64,000 nt of DNA from Candidatus Omnitrophota bacterium (GTDB taxonomy: Bacteria > Omnitrophota > Omnitrophia > Omnitrophales > Aquincolibacteriaceae). Shown one piece after another: positions 1 to 9,043 of this stretch (positions are counted from its first letter, which is position 1; each line of letters begins with the position of its first letter). The stretch covers positions 210,679-274,678 of the forward strand of contig JAKLIQ010000001.1 in assembly GCA_022709525.1 (NCBI GenBank). Reading direction: 5' to 3'. The notes below the pieces were generated by a model, which worked only from the letters and a program-made list of their open reading frames with translations, was not told where the DNA came from and ran no database searches. Position numbers and translations under genes: made by a program.

Positions 1-21
1 CCGCAATATGGCTTATTTTTA

Positions 22-936
22 ATGCCGATTTACCCCTTTACTATGGCGTATTTTATGATCAAGAGGGGGTTATTTGACGTTGAAGAACTCGCCCAGGCAG
101 CACACCGAGACAAACTCATGGCAATCGGAGTTTTAGCGGCCAGCATCAATCATGAGATCCGGAGCCCGCTTTTCCTGATCAAAGGGTCGGCCGAGAATTG
201 TCTGGAGAAACAAAAAGAAGGCCTTTTGTCCGAACCGTCGGAAGTGATCCAAAAGGGAAATGAAGCGCTTCAGAAAAATATCGAACAAGCCAACCGGGCG
301 CTCGATATCATCAAACGTCTTTCATCTTTCGCCAAGGCTGGGGTTGAGAGCAAGTTGAAAATAGAACCGGTTTCGGTGGCGGAAGTTATTGAGAATGTTC
401 TTCCGCTCGTCCGTCATGAGCTTACGGTTAATCAGATCTGTTTTCACAAAGAGATGCCGGAAAATACCCCTAAAGTTTTGGCCGATGCGCTATGCCTTGA
501 AGAAATCTTTTTTAATCTTATCGTGAATGCCTGCCAGGCTTTGAAAGAAAAACCGGATAACCGTGAGATCAGGATCGCGGCCAAAACGGGGGATTCGGGA
601 CTAGGGACTAGCCCCTCGTTTTTTTCAGACCTGCGAATCCTCCGCCAAAGGACGGATCCGTCCAGCGAATTGTGGCGGACGGGTCCCAGCCTGTCCGGCA
701 GGCAGGCCAAGGAACGAGTCCCGGTCATTGTCACCATCCAGGACAACGGTCCCGGTATTCCGGAAGACAAGATCGACGAGGTATTCCGTCCTTTCTATAC
801 CACCAAAGCCGAAGGCACCGGTCTCGGTCTTTATGTAGTCAAACAGCTGATCGAAAAAAACCGCGGTCACATCGAAGTCCAGTCGGTGCTCAATATTGGC
901 ACAAAATTCATTTTATCTATGTTAGGAGTTTCTTGA
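22..936 (+). CDS. Sensor histidine kinase, C-terminal part (HisKA H-box 'INHEIRSPL' plus HATPase_c); 5' end lies outside the window
   Basis: ORF track; H-box, N-box 'NLIVNACQA', G1 'DNGPGIP', G2 'GTGLGLY'. Carries an in-frame REP-like insert at 596-723. Confidence 0.8.
   Translation: MPIYPFTMAYFMIKRGLFDVEELAQAAHRDKLMAIGVLAASINHEIRSPLFLIKGSAENCLEKQKEGLLSEPSEVIQKGNEALQKNIEQANRALDIIKRLSSFAKAGVESKLKIEPVSVAEVIENVLPLVRHELTVNQICFHKEMPENTPKVLADALCLEEIFFNLIVNACQALKEKPDNREIRIAAKTGDSGLGTSPSFFSDLRILRQRTDPSSELWRTGPSLSGRQAKERVPVIVTIQDNGPGIPEDKIDEVFRPFYTTKAEGTGLGLYVVKQLIEKNRGHIEVQSVLNIGTKFILSMLGVS
596..723. repeat. REP/MITE-like palindromic element (CGGGACTAGGGACTAG ... GAGTCCCG) inside the HK1 coding frame
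   Basis: Terminal inverted repeats CGGGACT/AGTCCCG. 5' and 3' ends nearly identical to the copy at 2083-2171. Same GGGACT family as the intergenic copies. Confidence 0.6.
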
Positions 937-941
937 TAATC

Positions 942-2396
942 ATGAATTATTACGCATTCACCAGCTTATTCAACGGAGCGGTTGTACTCGCGATAAGTTT
1001 TTATCTTTTTTTTCGCCAACGACAAAACGATCTTTATCAAAGTTGCGCCATTTTTGCGATGTGCATCGGTCTGTGGTGCATTTTTTATGCTGTTTGGCAG
1101 ATGCAACATTCTTACCACGAAGCATTGACGTATATACGTCTGGCCATGATTCCATGTTACGCGATCCCTTTTGCTTTCTTGTGGTTTGCATTAAAACTAA
1201 CAAATACTTCCTATCATTCTTGGCAACCAGCCGCACTTCTTGCCATTCTTTTATTTTTTATGTTTTTTAGTTTTAATCCTCTGATGATAAGAAGTGTGGA
1301 ACCTGTAACTGGTTTTAATTTTTGGCCTCGTCCTGGAGTTTTAATGAATTTGTATGTTTCGCTTTTTTTTCTAATAATTTTATTGGGTTATTGGTTTTTA
1401 TGGCAAGCATATCGCAACGCTCGCGATACGCGACGTTGGCAGATTCGATGGGTGATGTTGTCATTACTGCCGGGCTGGTTGGGGGGAGCAACTAACTGGT
1501 GTCTTTGGTATGGTATTCCGGTCCCGCCGGTGGCACATATTTTCGTTGGCGTTGGATTTTTGTTGCTCTTCTACGCAATCGTGCGGGGTCGGTTATTCGA
1601 TGTAGATGTTTTGGCCGATCTTGTGCAAGAAGCAAAGCTTTCAGCGCTTGGGATCATGGCAACAAGTATCAATCATGAAGTGCGGAATCCCTTATTTGTG
1701 ATCAAAGGTCTTGCGGAAACGCTTTTAGAACGGGATGATGCGGATAGAGCGAAGGTCAAAGACATCGCTCAAAGGACCCTTGCGCAGGCCGATCGCGCGC
1801 TTGAGATCATTAAAAATTTTTCCGAGTACGCCAAACGGCAAAGCTCTAAAACATTTGATAAAGCGCCGCTTGATCTTAGAGAAATTCTGGAGGGCATTGT
1901 TCCATTTGTTCGCAGTGAACTGGCGCTGGATAAGATCACGCTAATTCTAACTATCCCGACGGGAACGACCATACAAGCCGATCGTCACTCAGTTGAAGAA
2001 ATCTTTCTAAACCTTATCGTCAATGCCTGCCAGGCTATGCCTGGTGGCGGGGAGATTAAAATCACAGCCAAAACAGGAGACCCGGGACTAGGGACTAGCC
2101 CCTCGTTTTTTTCAAAGCCACGAGCCACGAGTCCCTGCCTGTCCGGCAGGCAGGCCGACGAACGAGTCCCGGTTATTGTTACCATCCAGGACAACGGCCC
2201 TGGGATACCAGCCGAACAGCTGACCCACATTTTTGAGCCGTTTTATACCACCAAGTCCTCCGGGACCGGCCTGGGGCTTTATGTAGTCAGGCAACTCATC
2301 GAAAAAAACCGAGGCCGCATCGAAGCCCAATCAACGCAAGGCGTTGGCGCGACCTTTACGATTTACTTCTCCCGAGGGGCGACAAAACAGTTATAA
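942..2396 (+). CDS. Membrane sensor histidine kinase (multi-TM N-terminus plus HisKA plus HATPase_c); tandem paralog of the upstream partial kinase
   Basis: ATG 942 with AGGAG 13 nt upstream. H-box 'INHEVRNPL'; 'DNGPGIP', 'GTGLGLY'. The ORF-track extension back to 672 overlaps HK1 and is not coding. Confidence 0.85.
   Translation: MNYYAFTSLFNGAVVLAISFYLFFRQRQNDLYQSCAIFAMCIGLWCIFYAVWQMQHSYHEALTYIRLAMIPCYAIPFAFLWFALKLTNTSYHSWQPAALLAILLFFMFFSFNPLMIRSVEPVTGFNFWPRPGVLMNLYVSLFFLIILLGYWFLWQAYRNARDTRRWQIRWVMLSLLPGWLGGATNWCLWYGIPVPPVAHIFVGVGFLLLFYAIVRGRLFDVDVLADLVQEAKLSALGIMATSINHEVRNPLFVIKGLAETLLERDDADRAKVKDIAQRTLAQADRALEIIKNFSEYAKRQSSKTFDKAPLDLREILEGIVPFVRSELALDKITLILTIPTGTTIQADRHSVEEIFLNLIVNACQAMPGGGEIKITAKTGDPGLGTSPSFFSKPRATSPCLSGRQADERVPVIVTIQDNGPGIPAEQLTHIFEPFYTTKSSGTGLGLYVVRQLIEKNRGRIEAQSTQGVGATFTIYFSRGATKQL
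2083..2171. repeat. REP/MITE-like palindromic element inserted in-frame in the HK2 HATPase domain
   Basis: 'cgggactagggactagcccctcgtttttttca ... cctgtccggcaggcaggcc..gaacgagtcccg'. 89 nt, frame preserved, G1/G2 boxes intact downstream. Confidence 0.6.
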
Positions 2397-2511
2397 AATA
2401 AATCGTTTTAAACCGAAACTTTTAATGTTGTTACCCTTTTACTTTTTTCAAGAATAACTGCTTTTCATCCGATAATATCCAAAAGATTTTAAACCAAAAA
2501 AGGTGGTAATT

Positions 2512-3048
2512 ATGGCAAAAATATTTGTGGTTGATGACGACATTTTAGTTTTAAAAGCAATCAGCAAGTTGCTTTCAATTAAAGGTTATTCAGTAAAAGA
2601 AGCTCGTAGCGGACAGGAGGCGATACAAATTTTAAAAAATGAAGTTTTTGATTTAATAATCTCGGATATTCGAATGGCGGGAATTGATGGGATTCAAGTT
2701 GTTGAGCAATTACGCAATATGGGAAGAAATACTCCCGTAATTCTGGTTACAGGGTATGCCAGCGAAGAAGCTCCTGTCGAAGCGTATAGATTAGGAGTCA
2801 GTGATTATATTTTGAAGCCTTTTGATAAAGATGACTTACTAAATAAAGTTGAGAAAAACTTAATCAATCGTAAAGAAAAAATCATTGATTTGTCAAAGCT
2901 TTTAGCAGAACTTGAAAACACAGTTGAACAATTTCAAAATAAAAATGATTTATTAATTTTCGAAAATGAAGAACTGAAATTTTTTTTAAAAAAGCTCGAT
3001 GCCATAATTTTTTCACTTAAAAAATATCAGGTCAAAGTGAATGCATAA
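2512..3048 (+). CDS. Response regulator: REC domain plus C-terminal coiled coil, no DNA-binding domain
   Basis: 'VVDDD...DLIISDIRMAGIDG'. RBS AAAAAGGTGG before ATG 2512. AT-rich codon usage. Confidence 0.8.
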   Translation: MAKIFVVDDDILVLKAISKLLSIKGYSVKEARSGQEAIQILKNEVFDLIISDIRMAGIDGIQVVEQLRNMGRNTPVILVTGYASEEAPVEAYRLGVSDYILKPFDKDDLLNKVEKNLINRKEKIIDLSKLLAELENTVEQFQNKNDLLIFENEELKFFLKKLDAIIFSLKKYQVKVNA

Positions 3049-3955
3049 TAATCGTATAAAGTACTTTTTTTTTAGAATTTTTAGAAAAATTCGAAATTTT
3101 CAGAAAAAAGTTACTCTTTTTTCTATAGAGGTCCGATATCGCTTCTTTCGAAGAATTTTTAATAAATTTATTTCAGCCTCGCAGCAAGCCGCCTTCTTAT
3201 ATCTTAGATTTTTGAGAAGATTACGATTTCGCATCTTAAGATTCTTGGTTTTTTTTATGTGGAAACGATGGCTAGATAGAGTGGATGGTTTGGAAAATAT
3301 TCCTTGGGGTGAGCCAGCTATAATTGCCTCTAATCATCTAAGTTATTTTGATTTTTTTGTTTTGGCCTCATTTTTAGAAAAACAAACAGTATTTATTGCC
3401 ACTAAAGGGCTCGACCAGCGTCAATTTGTTGGATGGTTTATGAAGCTAGATACTATTATTTATGTTGATCGAGATAAACCAGGGTACAGTTTCTTTAAGG
3501 AAATAATAAGACAAGCAAAGAATAAAAAATTAATTGTAATCTATCCAGAAGGAATGCGATCCCGAAGCGGGAAAATGCTCCCCCCAAAAACAGGATTTAT
3601 CAAACTAGCGCTTCTTTGTGGAATTCCTGTTATTCCATTGGCTATGAAAGGAACTTATGAAATTCTTCCACCGCACAGGCATTTACCAAAATTTACCAGA
3701 TGTAGTATAGAAATTGGGAGTAAAATATATTTATCTCCGTCCAATCCAATCCTTAAAGATATTTTTTATAGATGCGCCCAGTCTAAAAAATTCTCAGATT
3801 TAACAGATGAAGGGATCGAGGAAATTGCTTTTCGGATCATGAATCAAGTCAGGGTTATGGCAGGTCAAGAGTGGGATGACACTGCGGTTCTTAAGGCAAA
3901 ACAATATGGTTTATTGCCTCATTCCACGGTAGCAGTTCTCAGTCAAACCTTATGA
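3041..3955 (+). CDS. 1-acyl-sn-glycerol-3-phosphate acyltransferase family (PlsC-like)
   Basis: HX4D motif 'NHLSYFD' and 'IYPEGMRS' block. Exact start uncertain (very basic, Phe-rich N-terminus); overlaps the RR stop. Confidence 0.7.
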   Translation: MHNNRIKYFFFRIFRKIRNFQKKVTLFSIEVRYRFFRRIFNKFISASQQAAFLYLRFLRRLRFRILRFLVFFMWKRWLDRVDGLENIPWGEPAIIASNHLSYFDFFVLASFLEKQTVFIATKGLDQRQFVGWFMKLDTIIYVDRDKPGYSFFKEIIRQAKNKKLIVIYPEGMRSRSGKMLPPKTGFIKLALLCGIPVIPLAMKGTYEILPPHRHLPKFTRCSIEIGSKIYLSPSNPILKDIFYRCAQSKKFSDLTDEGIEEIAFRIMNQVRVMAGQEWDDTAVLKAKQYGLLPHSTVAVLSQTL

Positions 3956-4614
3956 TAAAAGCCGCCTTTTTCGATATTGATGGCACATTAATTTCTTGTC
4001 AAAGCCAGCAAGAATTATCTAAATTTATGTTCAAAAAGCGAGCCCTTTCTTTTGCTAGTATGTTAAAACTTTTTTTTTGGTTTACAGGTTATAAGCTAGG
4101 AATTTTTAGAAAAACCGTTAGCATTCGAAAAAAAATGTATCGCATACTTTCTTTAAAAAATAAAAACCAAATTGATTTATTCATCAAAGAAACGTATGAA
4201 AAAAATATATATCCTCAGAGAAATCAAATTTTCAAATCAATCATACAAGGACTCAAAAAAAGAAAATATATAGTTGTTGGCATATCCGGCACGCTTCAGC
4301 AATTTTGCGATTTTATAAAAGTAGAATTTGATATGGATTACGCCTTTGGAACTAAACTTTGTGAAGAAAAGGAGCGATATAGCGGTCGTTGGATAGGCAA
4401 AATACTAGAGGGTGAAGATAAAGCAGAATTTATTCAAAAATTTTCTAAAACAAATAATGTAGATTTAAACAATAGTATATTTTATGGTGATAGCAGTTCT
4501 GATATTCCGTCGATGAAGTTGGTTGGAAAAGCGATTGCCGTGGCCCCAGATATCAAATTAGAGCGATTAGCTAAGAAGAAAGGTTGGGACATTATTGATG
4601 CAGGAAGTTTTTAA
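3952..4614 (+). CDS. HAD-superfamily subfamily IB hydrolase (phosphoserine-phosphatase-like)
   Basis: Motif I 'FFDIDGTLIS', motif IV 'GDSSSD'. ATGA overlap with the PlsC stop. Confidence 0.75.
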   Translation: MIKAAFFDIDGTLISCQSQQELSKFMFKKRALSFASMLKLFFWFTGYKLGIFRKTVSIRKKMYRILSLKNKNQIDLFIKETYEKNIYPQRNQIFKSIIQGLKKRKYIVVGISGTLQQFCDFIKVEFDMDYAFGTKLCEEKERYSGRWIGKILEGEDKAEFIQKFSKTNNVDLNNSIFYGDSSSDIPSMKLVGKAIAVAPDIKLERLAKKKGWDIIDAGSF

Positions 4615-6925
4615 AGATCAATACATGCTGGCATCTAGCTTTACGGCAGCGTCAACCTTTTTGTTAGCGGCTTTGGTTTTTTGGAAGAATTATAAGCGGC
4701 GATTGAACCTGCTTTACTTTTTTTGGGCTTTTTCAGTAGGATTTTGGAGTTTGGCACTTGTTTTTAACATTTTTTCATCAAATTTTACATCAGCGATTTT
4801 TTGGTCAAAAATTTTACATTTTTGGGCAATTCTTCTTCCTCCTATTTATGTTCATTTTGTCCTTCTTTTTTTACAAAAGGAAAATAAGTTCAAACGCTTA
4901 ATTATAGGCATATATCTACTTTCCTTCGTAACAATTCTTTTAGATTTTTCACCTTGGTTTTTGACATCAACTTATCGAGAAAAATTCCATTTTTTTGTTA
5001 CCAAGCCTTTAGCGCTTTATCCATTACATATTGTTTTATTTGTATTCTGCATTTTGTTTGCAATTTTCCAACTCTTTCTAAGTTTTAGAGAAAGTAAGGG
5101 AAAATATAAACAGCAGGTATGGTTCTTTTTTTTAGCAACGTTAATTGGTTATTCAGGGGGAATCACGAATTTTTTAATTAATTATGATTTTTTGATTTAT
5201 CCTCTTTATCCTTTTGGAAACTATACAATTTGTGCATATGTCGTTGTAATAGGTCTCGGTATTTTAAAATATCAGCTAATGGATATTTATGTAATCATTA
5301 GAAAAACTTTGGTTTTTGCAGGATTGTTTGGTCTTTTACTGTTGGTGGTGGGAACAATCACGGCGTTGACACAAAGTTATATCGGGCAACTTGTTGGAAT
5401 CGGAGCAACGACGAGGCAGATCTTAAGCATTTTGATTGCGATGGTGCTGTTTGATCCAGTCCGAAAATTTCTTACAAACGTTACTGATAAATTTCTTTTT
5501 CAGAAAAAATATGATTATCACAAGCTGCTGAAGGATGCGTCGCGGGGGATGTCGAATATCGAGTCGCTCGAGCGCTTGCTAGGACTCGTGGTGCACTTTG
5601 TGACGATGAAAATGCGCATCAAGAACGCCGCGGTACTGATGCGGGAGGGGGCAAGCGATCAATATAACCTTGTTTACCAGCGCGGATTCGACAAGAAATT
5701 CCTCACGCTTACCCTCTATCAAAACGATCCTCTGATCCACTATCTCGAGACGCACAAAGAAGCGGTGGATATCGAGCGCATCAAAGAACAGATCGAAACG
5801 GCTTCTTCCCGCCGTCACGGCAAAATCGCCGAAGATTATGATTACGAGGCGATCCGGGAACGGATGGACCAGCTTCAGGCAGCCTGCTGCGTGCCGAGTT
5901 TTCTGGGGCGCGAACTGCGGAACATCCTCCTCATGGGCGAGAAAAAATCCGGCGAATACTATTCCAATGAAGACCTGAACCTCCTTTATACGCTGGCCCA
6001 GGAATCCTCCATCGCGATCGAGAACGCCCGGCTCTACGATGAGGCGATCAAAAAATCCAGAGAGCTCGAGCATATCAACGACCAGCTCGAACATTCCAAG
6101 ACGCTTCTCATGAAGGCCCTTCAGGAGGCCGAAGGGGCCAATAAACAGCTTCAGGATACCCAGGCCCAGCTGATCCACGAACAAAAGATGGCGACGCTTG
6201 GCCGGCTGGCGGCCTCGGTCGGTCACGAGGTCAATAACCCCCTTACCATCCTTTCCATGAACGTTTCGCGCGTGATCCTGAAACACCGCAAGCATCCGGA
6301 CATGAAGGTGACGGAGATCATCGATGTGTTCGATAAGATGGAAAAAAATATCGAGCGCATCAAGGCGGTTGTGAACACGCTGACCGGCCTTCTTAAAAAA
6401 TCAGAGAAGGGAAAATTCGAAGCGCTATCGCTTAAGCTGATCCTGGAGGAAACCCTGCCGCTCGTGCAGTTCCAGACTTATCTTGATAATCTTTCCGGAA
6501 CGGAGGTCGATTTCAACGTGCCGGGCAACGTTCCCCTCATCCGCGGTGATCTCGAGCGCCTGCAGGAGGTTTTCCTTAATCTTTTTATTAACGCCTTCCA
6601 CGCCATGGCGGGGAAGCGGCACCGGAGGATCGAAGTCCATGCCGAGATGGACCCGCAGGACCCGAATATGGTCGCCGTCCATTTCAAGGATAACGGCTCC
6701 GGCATGACCGAGGATGTCATGAAAAAGGTCTTCAATTACGGGTTTACGACCAAGGCGCCGGGAAAAGGCTCCGGTCTCGGGCTTTACATGTGCAAATATA
6801 TCGTCGAACTCCACGGCGGCACGATCCGGGTCCAAAGCAAGCTCGGGGAGGGAACGACCTTCACGCTGACTTTGCCGATCTATTCCGAAACCTCGACTGT
6901 AAAAACTGTTTCGTCTTCGTCTTAA
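4598..6925 (+). CDS. Large membrane sensor histidine kinase (multi-TM sensor, GAF-like/coiled-coil linker, HisKA, HATPase_c)
   Basis: 'LAASVGHEVNNPL' H-box; 'GSGLGLYMCKYIVELHGG'. 5' third strongly AT-rich, 3' two-thirds GC-rich. Confidence 0.85.
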   Translation: MQEVFKDQYMLASSFTAASTFLLAALVFWKNYKRRLNLLYFFWAFSVGFWSLALVFNIFSSNFTSAIFWSKILHFWAILLPPIYVHFVLLFLQKENKFKRLIIGIYLLSFVTILLDFSPWFLTSTYREKFHFFVTKPLALYPLHIVLFVFCILFAIFQLFLSFRESKGKYKQQVWFFFLATLIGYSGGITNFLINYDFLIYPLYPFGNYTICAYVVVIGLGILKYQLMDIYVIIRKTLVFAGLFGLLLLVVGTITALTQSYIGQLVGIGATTRQILSILIAMVLFDPVRKFLTNVTDKFLFQKKYDYHKLLKDASRGMSNIESLERLLGLVVHFVTMKMRIKNAAVLMREGASDQYNLVYQRGFDKKFLTLTLYQNDPLIHYLETHKEAVDIERIKEQIETASSRRHGKIAEDYDYEAIRERMDQLQAACCVPSFLGRELRNILLMGEKKSGEYYSNEDLNLLYTLAQESSIAIENARLYDEAIKKSRELEHINDQLEHSKTLLMKALQEAEGANKQLQDTQAQLIHEQKMATLGRLAASVGHEVNNPLTILSMNVSRVILKHRKHPDMKVTEIIDVFDKMEKNIERIKAVVNTLTGLLKKSEKGKFEALSLKLILEETLPLVQFQTYLDNLSGTEVDFNVPGNVPLIRGDLERLQEVFLNLFINAFHAMAGKRHRRIEVHAEMDPQDPNMVAVHFKDNGSGMTEDVMKKVFNYGFTTKAPGKGSGLGLYMCKYIVELHGGTIRVQSKLGEGTTFTLTLPIYSETSTVKTVSSSS

Positions 6926-6950
6926 GCAAGCTAGAATGAATCATAAAGCT

Positions 6951-7026
6951 GGGACTCGGGACTAGTTCCTCGGGACTCGATAAAACGAGGGACAAAACGA
7001 GTCCCTAGTCCCGAGGGACGAGTCCC
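6951..7026. repeat. Intergenic REP-like palindromic element (GGGACTCGGGACTAG ... GAGTCCC) followed by a T-run
   Basis: Inverted arms plus TTTT at 7027-7030. Sits between the HK stop and the RR start and probably acts as a terminator. Confidence 0.6.
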
Positions 7027-7036
7027 TTTTAAAATT

Positions 7037-7393
7037 ATGAAAAAAATCCTTATTGTCGATGACGAGGTGGGGATCATTCAGGAGGTCAAGGAATTCCTGG
7101 AAGAGGAAGGTTACGAGGTCCACACCGCGGACACAGCCAAGGCGGGGATGAAGCTGATCGAGGAGGTCCGTCCGGATGTGATCCTGATCGATATCAAGCT
7201 TCCCGACGCTTCCGGCAACGAGGTGCTCCGGTTCTGCAAAGAAAGATCCCCGAAGACCAAAACCGTGATCGTGACAGGCTATGTGGACCAGCACGTGATG
7301 GATGAGGCGGAGCAGCTCGGCCGCGACGCATTCCTTCAAAAGCCTTTCAATCTCGAAAAGATCATCAACGAAATCCAACGCCTGACGGCGTAA
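7037..7393 (+). CDS. Single-domain CheY-like response regulator
   Basis: 'KILIVDDE...ILIDIKLPDASG...KPF'. Confidence 0.85.
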   Translation: MKKILIVDDEVGIIQEVKEFLEEEGYEVHTADTAKAGMKLIEEVRPDVILIDIKLPDASGNEVLRFCKERSPKTKTVIVTGYVDQHVMDEAEQLGRDAFLQKPFNLEKIINEIQRLTA

Positions 7394-7398
7394 ACAGC

Positions 7399-7468
7399 CG
7401 GGACTCGGGACTAGGGACTCGTTCTCTTTCTTTGTTTTTCGAGTCCCGAGGAGCGAGGGGCGAGTCCC
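7399..7468. repeat. Intergenic REP-like palindromic element (CGGGACTCGGGACTAGGGACTC ... GAGTCCC plus TTTT)
   Basis: Same family; terminator-like. Confidence 0.6.
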
Positions 7469-7483
7469 TTTTAGAGGTTTCAT

Positions 7484-8029
7484 ATGAACTTTATCAAAAC
7501 CGAGATCGACGGCGTGATCGCGATCGAACCGAAAATTTTTAACGATCCGCGCGGTTTTTTCTACGAAAGCTACCGCAAGAAGCTTTTTGCCGAGCACGGC
7601 ATCAAAGATGATTTCGTCCAGGACAATATCAGCTCCTCCGCCAGGGGAGTGCTTCGCGGGCTTCATTACCAGATCGCGCCCCGCGCGCAGGCTAAGCTCA
7701 TGCGGGTGCTCCGCGGCTCCGTTTACGACGTGGTCGTGGATATCCGTCCGCGGTCCGGAACCTTCGGCAAATTCGTCGCCATGACGCTTTCGGCCGAAAA
7801 CAAAAAAATGCTCTATGTGCCCAAGGGATTCGCGCACGGTTTTTGCGTCCTGGAGGACGGCACGGAATTCCTTTATAAGGTCTCGGATTACTATTCCCCG
7901 GAACATGAGCGGGGGATCCTCTGGAACGATCCCGCGCTGGCCATTCCCTGGCCTAAGCTCGACCACCCGTTCATCCTTTCGGAAAAAGATAAAAAATATC
8001 CCACCTTGCAATCAGCCAAAGCTGATTGA
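7484..8029 (+). CDS. rmlC: dTDP-4-dehydrorhamnose 3,5-epimerase
   Basis: RmlC cupin motifs 'RGFFYESY', 'LRGLHYQ', 'KLMRVLRGSVYDVVVDIR'. Confidence 0.85.
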   Translation: MNFIKTEIDGVIAIEPKIFNDPRGFFYESYRKKLFAEHGIKDDFVQDNISSSARGVLRGLHYQIAPRAQAKLMRVLRGSVYDVVVDIRPRSGTFGKFVAMTLSAENKKMLYVPKGFAHGFCVLEDGTEFLYKVSDYYSPEHERGILWNDPALAIPWPKLDHPFILSEKDKKYPTLQSAKAD

Positions 8030-8135
8030 GACTACAGCCGCAACAGAATTCAATTTCGTAAGTCGAATGGGCCGCAGGTTAATCATGCTTTTAAATAAAA
8101 TTTAAATTGATTTTATATTAATAATAGATTATTCT

Positions 8136-8217
8136 TCCGGCATGAAAAACGAGCATGTGCCGGTTGCAAAAATACATACTTTTATGTATACTCTAAATGC
8201 ATACTTTAAGCATTTAG
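8136..8217 (+). promoter_or_regulatory. Candidate operator region for the TA operon: hairpin ccggcatg..catgtgccgg plus two palindromes ATACATA-cttt-TATGTAT and TAAATGC-atactttaa-GCATTTA
   Basis: Read directly; lies immediately upstream of the RHH antitoxin start. Confidence 0.35.
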
Positions 8218-8228
8218 GGGAGAACATT

Positions 8229-8474
8229 ATGGAACACTTGAGTATTACTTTTCCGGAGACTTTGAAAGCCGCGCTTGATCTGGAAGCCAAGCGGGAGGGA
8301 ACGAAAAGGAGCACGCTTATTCAAAAGGCGGTGCTTATTTATTTGAAATTAAAAAAACAAAAAACCACACAGGATCTTCTCAAAGAAGGGTATCTGGAAA
8401 TGGCCGGCGAATCCGAGCGGCTTTTAAACGAATTCAAAGATCTTGATGCGGAGTCCTTCGGCTATGCCGATTAA
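8229..8474 (+). CDS. Ribbon-helix-helix (CopG/MazE-like) antitoxin
   Basis: 'MEHLSITFPETLKAALDLEAKREGTKRSTLIQKAV'. GGGGAG RBS. Overlaps the toxin start. Confidence 0.6.
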   Translation: MEHLSITFPETLKAALDLEAKREGTKRSTLIQKAVLIYLKLKKQKTTQDLLKEGYLEMAGESERLLNEFKDLDAESFGYAD

Positions 8475-8808
8475 ACGGGGGGACCTTTTTTGGGTCGACC
8501 TTGCCTCGACGCGGGGTTCGGAACAGGCGGGCCGGAGACCTGTACTGGTTATTCAAAATGATATTGGCAATGAATTTGCCCCGACGGTCATTGTGGCCCC
8601 CTTGACAACCAAAAGTTTTTCAAAAGACTATCCCACCAATGTTCATGTCCCGAAGTCGATTGGCGGACTAAAATCTGATTCCACGGTCCTTTTATCACAG
8701 ATCCGCACTCTGGATAAAAAACGTCTTGAAAAAAAGATCAGCCATCTTTCCGATACGTATCTTGAAAAGGTCAATCAGGCCATCAAAGTAAGTTTGGGGT
8801 TGGTCTGA
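8464..8808 (+). CDS. mazF: MazF/PemK-family mRNA interferase toxin
   Basis: 'RGDLFWVDL...GSEQAGRRPVLVIQND...PTVIVAPLTT'. Confidence 0.8.
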   Translation: MPIKRGDLFWVDLASTRGSEQAGRRPVLVIQNDIGNEFAPTVIVAPLTTKSFSKDYPTNVHVPKSIGGLKSDSTVLLSQIRTLDKKRLEKKISHLSDTYLEKVNQAIKVSLGLV

Positions 8809-8812
8809 CAGG

Positions 8813-9043
8813 ATGATGAAATTCTCAGTTACCGTCAAAACCCAGGCCAGGGAAAATCGCGTTGAAGAAGTAAGCCCGGGCGGATTGCGCGTTTGGGTCA
8901 AAGCGCCGCCGCGGGAAGGCCGCGCCAACGAAGCGGTGGTCGAAACGCTGGCGGCTTATTTTAAGGTCCCCAAAAGCCGGGTGGCCATTGTCGGCGGTTT
9001 TAAAAGTAAGACAAAAATTGTAGCAATCGGGACTCGGGACTAG
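8813..9043 (+). CDS. DUF167/YggU-family small protein
   Basis: 'VKAPPREGRANEAVVETLAAYFKVPKSRVAIVGG'. Last codons and the TAG stop lie inside a REP element. Confidence 0.7.
   Translation: MMKFSVTVKTQARENRVEEVSPGGLRVWVKAPPREGRANEAVVETLAAYFKVPKSRVAIVGGFKSKTKIVAIGTRD

Noticed and set aside
672-941. Upstream in-frame extension of the HK2 ORF (track start 672), overlapping HK1
   Set aside because: The extension overlaps the well-supported HK1 frame, has no RBS, and its translation is low-complexity Arg/Ser/Gly. ATG 942 has AGGAG at the right spacing and begins the TM domain.
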